From positions 1,664,001-1,728,000 of the forward strand of contig CAWDEM010000008.1 in assembly GCA_963801355.1 (NCBI GenBank): a stretch of 64,000 nucleotides of DNA, given 5' to 3'. Shown here in pieces: positions 57,294 through 64,000 of this stretch (the first letter of the stretch is position 1; the number at the start of each line of letters is the position of its first letter). Below the pieces are notes generated by a model. The model saw only the letters and a program-made list of their open reading frames with translations. It was not told where the DNA came from and did not search any database. The position numbers were made by a program, and so were the translations under genes. This DNA comes from Ignavibacteriota bacterium. GTDB taxonomy: Bacteria > Bacteroidota > Ignavibacteria > UBA10030 > UBA6906.

Positions 57294-60078
57294 TCAGAAT
57301 CCCAGCGTCGCGCCCAGAACAACCTGGCGCGGCGCCGAGAAAATACTCCGGACGTGTGTAGTACTGCTGAATACTGTTGACGCCCAATGGTGCCTGCTTT
57401 GACCGGGTGAGCTCAAGAGTGTACTGCGCACGCCCTGTATCACCGAACACGTTCAGCTCATTCGCGGTATCGAACAAATTGTAGGCTTTGAGAAATACCG
57501 AAACGCGAAACGGGGTGAACGTGAACTCCTTCGTGGCATACAGATCCACCGTGAAGAACATGGGCTTGTTGTCGCTGTTTTCCAATCCGGTCCGCTGGTT
57601 TTGCAGCGACGGCGTGTACGGAAGCCCCGACCCGATCCGGCTGATCAGACTGGCGATGAAATCCCCCGGCGTCCCCACCGATAATGTCACGTTCAACGAG
57701 TGCCGGCGGTCCCACGACAGCGGGACCAGTTGTTTGTTCGCCTCGATCGGCGGACTCGATTGTGCTTTGTTGTAACTGTCATTGGGATCCGATGCGTTGC
57801 CCTGCGCCACCTGCAACGTATAATCGATGTTCGCCCCGAAGCCACCTACCAGCCTCTTTTCGAGCGCAACGGTGAATCCCTTCACCGAGCCGTAGTCCAG
57901 GTTGACGTATTCCCCGTACTTCTTCAGATTATTCTTGATGTGCACAACGATCCCCAGGAGGTTCCGGATGTCCTTGTAGTATCCGGTGACCGTGAATCCC
58001 AGTTCGGGAGTCAGTTCCTGCTGCAACCCGATTTCGTACATTGTCGTGCGCTGGGGCTGCAGGTCGGCATTCCCGATCGTGTTGCCGACGAACTCCGGCG
58101 AATCGCCCGTGAGCGGAATCCTGAGATTGGGGTTTCGGTAGAGATAGTCGAACGGCGGGATCTGGAAGAAGTGTCCGTACGAAATGTGCACGGCACCCCG
58201 GTCGGTGATGGGGTAGGAAAGCCCAACTCGCGGACTGAATTGCGACTTCGCACTGGCCTTCCCGAAGTATCGCTCCGGATACGGCGGCGCCAGAGAATCC
58301 AGATCGGCAACCTGATCCGGATAGAGCAATTTCTGCCCGTCGGGCTGGAAGTAGTCGTATCGGAGCCCGACGTTCACGACGAGATATGACAGCTCGATTT
58401 TATCCTGCAGGTAGACCGCAAACTGACGCGGGTGGTTGACATAGTAATTGAAGTCAAAATCTCCCGGCCGCGATATCGTGGGAACAAAGCCGCTTGCGGC
58501 ATCCACGTGTATCTGAAAGTCTTTGTATTCGAGCCGGTGCAGATTCACTTCACTGCCAAACTTCAGCTGATGCACCGGCGTCACTTGCGCTGTCACATCA
58601 ACCCTGCCCGTGATGGTCTGCGTGTTGTGATTGAAATGCCAATTCTGCGTGCCACCCGTCAGGTACGCATTCGCCCCGGCATCCCTCATCCGCTCGGGTT
58701 TCACATAACGGGGATCGACAAACACCGAGGCAAGCAAGACCGGATCAGTTGGCGGATCGAGCGGGTCTTCGTAGACATACTGCTTGAAGTCACTGGTGAA
58801 GACGGACCCGGTGACATCCATGAACATTGCGTCATTGAAAACATGTGTATAGCCTGCGCTCCCCATGAAACTCTTCTGGAACTTTGTGTAGTCGCCGTCG
58901 GGATTGAGCTGAAACCTGTAGTCATAGTCCCGATATTTCTGGCGCTGATACAGGCCCGTCAACACGATACCCTTGGCGCTTCCGACTTTCACCGCAAGCT
59001 TCCCCTGCAGACTGGTCCTGTCCTGATAGTTCATTGGCACCAGCGCGCCGTCCCCTGTCGCACCGATGTGCCAATTCCGTACATCCTCGCCGGCAAAACT
59101 TGAGGAATCAGAAGGATTGAAAATGCGCCTACCGTAAATATATCCGTCATCGTAGAACCTGCGGCCAGAGAGATAGAAGCTCATAAGCCCGTCGGACAGC
59201 GGAACAGGGCCGCTGAGACTTCCCTGGATGTTATACAGCTTAGACGGGGACCCGCTGTGGAAGAAAGCCGATGGTTCGGCCAGAACGGGAAAACCGCCAA
59301 CAGGGAGCTCGCGGGATATGGTCTTGAATTGGTCTCCACGCGTGCTTACGTAATCTCCGGTGTAGAACGTCACTTCACCTTCATACTTTTCGCCGGCAAT
59401 TTTCGTTATCTGGTTCACAACGCCCGAAAGCGCTTCACCATATTCCGCGTTGAACGTCCCGCTCAGAACTTGAATCTCCTGTATGCTGTTGACTTCGGCC
59501 TGCATGGTGAAGTTGCCGGAGAACACATCATTCACCGAAACGCCGTCGATCAGATACTTGACCTCATTTGCACGGCCTCCACGGAAATGCCCTTCAACGA
59601 CCCCGGCCTGAAGGTTCACCACGGAGCTCACGTCTTCCACGGGTATTTTGGAAAGTTGATCACTTCCGACCGAGGAGGTGGTGGAGGTCAGATCGCGCTG
59701 CACAATGGGGCGTGTAGCCGTAACGATCACATCGCCGATTTCCACCATCTGCGGTTGAAGCTGGAATTCGATTCTGGTTGTCTGATCAGCAGTGACGTTG
59801 ATACCGTTCACTGCGACGGATGTAAACCCCACGCTGGATGCCTTCAAGTCGTACCGTCCCGGCGGAACATTCAGGATGAAGTATTCGCCTTCGATATCGG
59901 TGGACGCACCCATGGTGGTGCCGGTAACAAGAACGTTTGCGCCGACCAGGGCTTCCTTGGTCTGTGCATCGATGACCTTCCCGGCGACCTTTCCGGTGGT
60001 GCCCGCCCGCAGAGAGGCGCAGAGACACACCGGCAGGATCACCACGAGACACAACTGCTGAACTATGCGGGTCCGCAT
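57294..60078 (-). CDS. TonB-dependent receptor with N-terminal carboxypeptidase-regulatory-like domain; apparent +1 frameshift at 57340-57343
   Basis: GTTGKVAGKVID...LVGANV, HFRGGR.NEV.YLIDG, GTFNAEYG, YLQDKIE, FSPRVG; removing one base gives ...YFSAPRQVVLGATLGF* (terminal Phe) and removes a 248-bp overlap with the next gene. Confidence 0.92.
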
Positions 60079-60116
60079 TTGTGGGCACTCTACGAAATGA
60101 AAGGAGGATAACAGTA

Positions 60117-60148
60117 CCGGGGGTGGCCGCTCGTGGCACCACCCCCGG
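60117..60148. other. Intergenic GC-rich hairpin without a U-tract
   Basis: CCGGGGGTGG-N12-CCACCCCCGG perfect 10-bp stem just after the stop codon of the repeat protein. Confidence 0.65.
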
Positions 60149-60157
60149 AATTGTGAG

Positions 60158-63100
60158 CTACTTCAACATCAACATTTTCTGCACAAGGGCAGATTGACCT
60201 GCTTCCAGTCGGTAGAAATAGAGACCGCTGCCGACCGCTCTTCCGAGGTCGTCCTTGCCGTCCCAGGTCACTTCGTACCGCCCGGCCGCACGTGCTTCAT
60301 TGACAAGCGTCCGCACCCTCTGACCGAGAACGCTGTAAATCATCAGAGTGATGTTCCCATCCCGCGGCATGGCATATTGGATCTTCGTCGAGGGATTGAA
60401 AGGATTCGGATAGTTCTGGCCCAGCTCGAACGTGCTTGGCACCGCGTCACCATGCGTGACACCGGTCGTCGCACCCACAACCTCAACGGTGAGGTCGTCA
60501 AAGTAGATCGTTCCGGTGAAGCGCGCATACACATGCAGACGCACTTCAAGGGCTGTTGCATTCACTCCTGTGGGTACTTCGATGTCCAGCGTGTATGGCG
60601 TCCAGTTGAATTGCGTCACACGCGGGAATGTGAAGGTATAGTCAATCCCAGGCCCGACATTGCTATAGCCAAGGTTATTCCCGTTGCCCGTGAAAAAGAG
60701 CGGTGTGAATCCGACCGACCACGTCCCGGGATACATCGCTGCAGAATCCGGTACCAGATTGCTCGCTTTGATCCAGACCGTCAGCCGGAGGATGTCGCCT
60801 GCACGTGCGCTGATCGTTGTGATGTCTTTCGTGGAGCTTGTCGCATTCAGGAGACCGTTGCCGGCCGAAGCATCAAGCATGAAGCGCTTCGTCCCGACGA
60901 ACCCATCATGGGGTACCCGGTCGAACGGCAGGTCGAACTTCAGCGAGTATACCCCGCTGTGCGCGGCTTCCGAGGTCACCATCGTGTTCTCGAAACCGTC
61001 GTTCAGCAACCCGTCGTTCCCGCCGTTCGGCGGCAGCCAGTAGTACCACCCTGTCGGCACACCCAGGTTTGTGTTCCAGTCCTGTCCGGCCCAGGCACCT
61101 GCACGACCGTAGAACATGAAGTCGTCCGCCCACACCGTCCCTGTTGCATTCTTCCCTGCCACGAACTTCACGATCGTCTTCCAGGCATCCTTCGGAAGAA
61201 TCACCGATCCCACCGCGTTCGTGTCTGCTATCCAGCCGCCGCTTGATGCCGCACTCTGGCTGACCGGCAGCTTCACCGATCCGATCAATGCACCCGCACT
61301 GTCCCAGAACGTGTACGATATATACCACTTCGCATCTTCCGTCGCCGGTGCCGTGTTCACACCCTGCGTCCGCACGTATGCACCCAGGAAGATGTCCACG
61401 TTTTTCGAATGCGTCGGTGACCAGATGTCGCACATGTTGTCCGATATCCACGCCGCTGAATCCGCCGTCGCCGACGGTTTCACGATCTTCAGCGAATGAC
61501 CCATCGTATGGGACTGATCCGTCGCCCAGCTCAATGTCGCACCTGCCGGCTCGTTCCCCTTCGTCCAGTACGACGGCAGTGTCTGCTCGAAGCTCCCGAT
61601 GCCGCTGATAGCAGGAACATCAAGCTTCTCTATCGTCAGATCGTCGAAATAGATGGTGCCTGTGAAGCGGGCATAGACATGGAGACGCGTCTCGAGGGCT
61701 TTGGCATTCACACCCGTCGGGACCTGAATATCCAGCGTGTACTTGGTCCAGTCAAACTGCGTGACCGCCGGGAAGGCCCACGTGTAGTCATTCCCCGGCC
61801 CGACATTGCTGTAGCCAAGGTTGTTTCCGTCGCCGGTGAAAAAGAGAGGTGTGAGTCCTACCGACCATGTGCCCGGATACATCGCTGCAGAATCAGGCAC
61901 GAGGTAGTTCGCCTTGATCCAGACGCTGATCCGCAGCATGTCGCCTTCCTTGATACCCTGCAAGCTGGTAAGGCTATTGACACTACTCATGCCAGCCGGC
62001 ATGGCGCTGGAGCCGTCAAGCATGTACCTCCTCGTCCCGACAAACCCATCATGGGGTACCCGGTCGAACGGAAGCTCGAACTTCAGCGAGTATGCCCCGC
62101 TGTGTGCAGCTTCCGAGGTCACCATCGTGTTCTCGAAACCGTCGTTCAACAACCCGTCGTTCCCGCCGTTCGGCGGCAGCCAGTAATACCACCCTGTCGG
62201 CACTCCCAGGTTCGTGTTCCAATCCTGACCGGCCCAGGCACCTGCACGACCGTAGAACATGAAGTCGTCTGCCCACACCGTCCCTGTTGCATTCTTCCCT
62301 GCCACGAACTTCACGATCGTCTTCCAGGCATCCTTCGGAAGAATTGTCGATCCCACCGCGTTCGTGTCTGCTATCCAACCGCCACTTGATGCCGCGCTCT
62401 GGTTGACCGGCAGCTTTGCCGTCCCGATCAGTGCGCCCGCACTGTCCCAGAACGTGTACGAAATATACCACTTCGCGTCTTCCGTCGCCGGCGAGGTGTT
62501 CACACCCTGCGTCCACACATATCCACCGAGGAAGATATCTACGTTCTTCGAATGTTGCGGTGACCAGATATCGCACATGTTGTCCGATATCCACGCCGCT
62601 GAATCCGCCGTCGCCGACGGTTTCACGATCTTCAGCGAATGACCCATCGAGCGGGACTGATCCGTCGCCCAGCTCAATGTTGCTCCTGCCGGTTCGTTCC
62701 CTTTCGTCCAGTAGGACGGCAGTGTGCCTTCGAACCCCCCGATCTTGGCAACTTGAGGTACATCCAGTTTTTCGATCATCAGGTCATCAAAATAGATGGT
62801 GCCCGTGAAGCGAGCATAGACATGGAGACGCGTCTCGAGGGCTTTGGCATTGACGCCCGCCGGGACCTGAATATCCAGCGTGTACTTAGTCCAGTCAAAC
62901 CCCGTGACCGCCGGGAAGGCCCACGTGTAGTCATTCCCCGGCCCGACATTGCTGTAGCCGAGATTGTTTCCGTTCCCGGTAAACCACAGCGGCGTGAGTC
63001 CGACCGACCACGTTCCGGGATACAACGCCGCAGAATCCGGCACGAGGTTGCTTGCCTTGATCCAGACGCTGATCCGCAGCATGTCGCCTTCCTGAATCGG

Positions 63101-63937
63101 CACCCCTGCGCCCAGATCTTTGAAGAGATAACGTTTCGTGCCAACGAATCCGTCATGCGGTACGCGTGTGAACGGCAGGTCGAACTTCAGCGAGTATGCC
63201 CCGCTGTGTGCGGCTTCCGAGGTCACCATCGTGTTCTCGAAACCGTCGTTCAACAACCCGTCGTTCCCGCCGTTCGGCGGCAGCCAGTAATACCACCCTG
63301 TCGGCACTCCCAGGTTCGTGTTCCAATCCTGACCGGCCCAGGCACCTGCACGACCGTAGAACATGAAGTCGTCTGCCCACACCGTCCCTGTTGCATTCTT
63401 CCCTGCCACGAACTTCACGATCGTCTTCCAGGCATCCTTCGGAAGAATTGTCGATCCCACTGCGTTCGTATCACCAGCCCAGCCGCTAATCGTGGCAACA
63501 TTCTGATTGATCGGCAGCTTTGCCGTCCCGATCAGTGCACCCGCACTGTCCCAGAACGTGTACGAGATGTACCACTTCGCGTCTTCCGTCGCCGGCGACG
63601 TGTTCACACCCTGCGTCCGCACATACGCACCGAGGAAAATGTCCACGTTCTTCGAATGCGTCGGTGACCAGATGTCGCACATGTTGTCCGATATCCACGC
63701 CGCCGAATCCGCCGTCGCAGACGGCTTAGCGATCTTCAGCGAGTGACCCATCGAGCGGGACTGATCCGTCGCCCAGCTCAACGTTGCCCCTGCCGGCTGG
63801 CTCCCGATCGTCCAGTACGACGGTAGTGTGCCTTCAAACCCCCCGATTGCGGTCAGGTTTGCGGGCTGTGCAAATCCCGACCAAGCCACGAGGGCAGTCA
63901 GGACCAACAACCATAAGATACTTGTACGCCACATCAT
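60158..63937 (-). CDS. Secreted protein with three tandem ~370-380 aa CBM-like units and a FlgD/T9SS-type C-terminal domain
   Basis: GGAGG Shine-Dalgarno, signal peptide; 3x (GxFE...AHS/SLKI...VWADDF + ...IYFDDL); QNYPNPFNP...WDGKDD.G..VGSGLYFYRL. Confidence 0.85.
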   Translation of the reverse strand: MMWRTSILWLLVLTALVAWSGFAQPANLTAIGGFEGTLPSYWTIGSQPAGATLSWATDQSRSMGHSLKIAKPSATADSAAWISDNMCDIWSPTHSKNVDIFLGAYVRTQGVNTSPATEDAKWYISYTFWDSAGALIGTAKLPINQNVATISGWAGDTNAVGSTILPKDAWKTIVKFVAGKNATGTVWADDFMFYGRAGAWAGQDWNTNLGVPTGWYYWLPPNGGNDGLLNDGFENTMVTSEAAHSGAYSLKFDLPFTRVPHDGFVGTKRYLFKDLGAGVPIQEGDMLRISVWIKASNLVPDSAALYPGTWSVGLTPLWFTGNGNNLGYSNVGPGNDYTWAFPAVTGFDWTKYTLDIQVPAGVNAKALETRLHVYARFTGTIYFDDLMIEKLDVPQVAKIGGFEGTLPSYWTKGNEPAGATLSWATDQSRSMGHSLKIVKPSATADSAAWISDNMCDIWSPQHSKNVDIFLGGYVWTQGVNTSPATEDAKWYISYTFWDSAGALIGTAKLPVNQSAASSGGWIADTNAVGSTILPKDAWKTIVKFVAGKNATGTVWADDFMFYGRAGAWAGQDWNTNLGVPTGWYYWLPPNGGNDGLLNDGFENTMVTSEAAHSGAYSLKFELPFDRVPHDGFVGTRRYMLDGSSAMPAGMSSVNSLTSLQGIKEGDMLRISVWIKANYLVPDSAAMYPGTWSVGLTPLFFTGDGNNLGYSNVGPGNDYTWAFPAVTQFDWTKYTLDIQVPTGVNAKALETRLHVYARFTGTIYFDDLTIEKLDVPAISGIGSFEQTLPSYWTKGNEPAGATLSWATDQSHTMGHSLKIVKPSATADSAAWISDNMCDIWSPTHSKNVDIFLGAYVRTQGVNTAPATEDAKWYISYTFWDSAGALIGSVKLPVSQSAASSGGWIADTNAVGSVILPKDAWKTIVKFVAGKNATGTVWADDFMFYGRAGAWAGQDWNTNLGVPTGWYYWLPPNGGNDGLLNDGFENTMVTSEAAHSGVYSLKFDLPFDRVPHDGFVGTKRFMLDASAGNGLLNATSSTKDITTISARAGDILRLTVWIKASNLVPDSAAMYPGTWSVGFTPLFFTGNGNNLGYSNVGPGIDYTFTFPRVTQFNWTPYTLDIEVPTGVNATALEVRLHVYARFTGTIYFDDLTVEVVGATTGVTHGDAVPSTFELGQNYPNPFNPSTKIQYAMPRDGNITLMIYSVLGQRVRTLVNEARAAGRYEVTWDGKDDLGRAVGSGLYFYRLEAGQSALVQKMLMLK
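60475..63847 (-). repeat. Three near-identical intragenic tandem repeats of about 1.1 kb
   Basis: Units begin at 63847, 62743 and 61600 (periods 1104 and 1143 bp) with long identical DNA stretches. Confidence 0.93.
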
Positions 63938-64000
63938 GGTTCACCTCCATACAGTTAATGAATTGTTGACTCGTGCCCCTCCAGCTTGTTGATTCACCAA

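Noticed and set aside
60475-63847. Repeats considered as a CRISPR array or a diversity-generating retroelement template/variable pair
   Set aside because: Units are about 1.1 kb in-frame coding repeats with no spacers; I saw no adenine-specific mismatch pattern and no reverse transcriptase or cas gene in the window.

Overview
GC-rich bacterial DNA with no rRNA, tRNA, CRISPR array or transposase recognised. Several proteins end in the 'L.QNYPNPFNP...SGxYF.RL...KMxLxK' T9SS/FlgD-type sorting domain, there is a PorV-like gene, and many genes have Shine-Dalgarno sites. Together these suggest a non-Bacteroidia FCB lineage such as Ignavibacteria-like bacteria (inference). The left part (1-23.6 kb) is housekeeping and signalling: an ECF sigma/zinc anti-sigma/thioredoxin trio, transporters, two hybrid kinases (one with His->Tyr at its phospho-acceptor), an acyl-CoA ligase, a porin-pstSCAB operon with a three-repeat Pho-box-like site, a TPR protein and fba. 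From 23.7 to 33.8 kb lie GH3, GH78, a DUF5916-like protein, a secreted PQQ-type sugar dehydrogenase and a small secreted CX4CH protein. The right part (33.8-64 kb, all minus strand) is a large glycan-utilisation locus without a SusD. In order it encodes a secreted protein with three tandem CBM-like repeats, a TonB-dependent receptor, a 1086-aa protein with a divergent sorting domain, a PorV paralog, a PPIase-like protein, an ABC importer, three poorly characterised glycosidase-like proteins, a Zn dehydrogenase, two tandem GH130s, a CHASE kinase and a PfkB-HAD fusion. Five apparent +1 frameshifts fall in this locus and are probably consensus errors. All assignments come from reading motifs by eye; no database searches were run.
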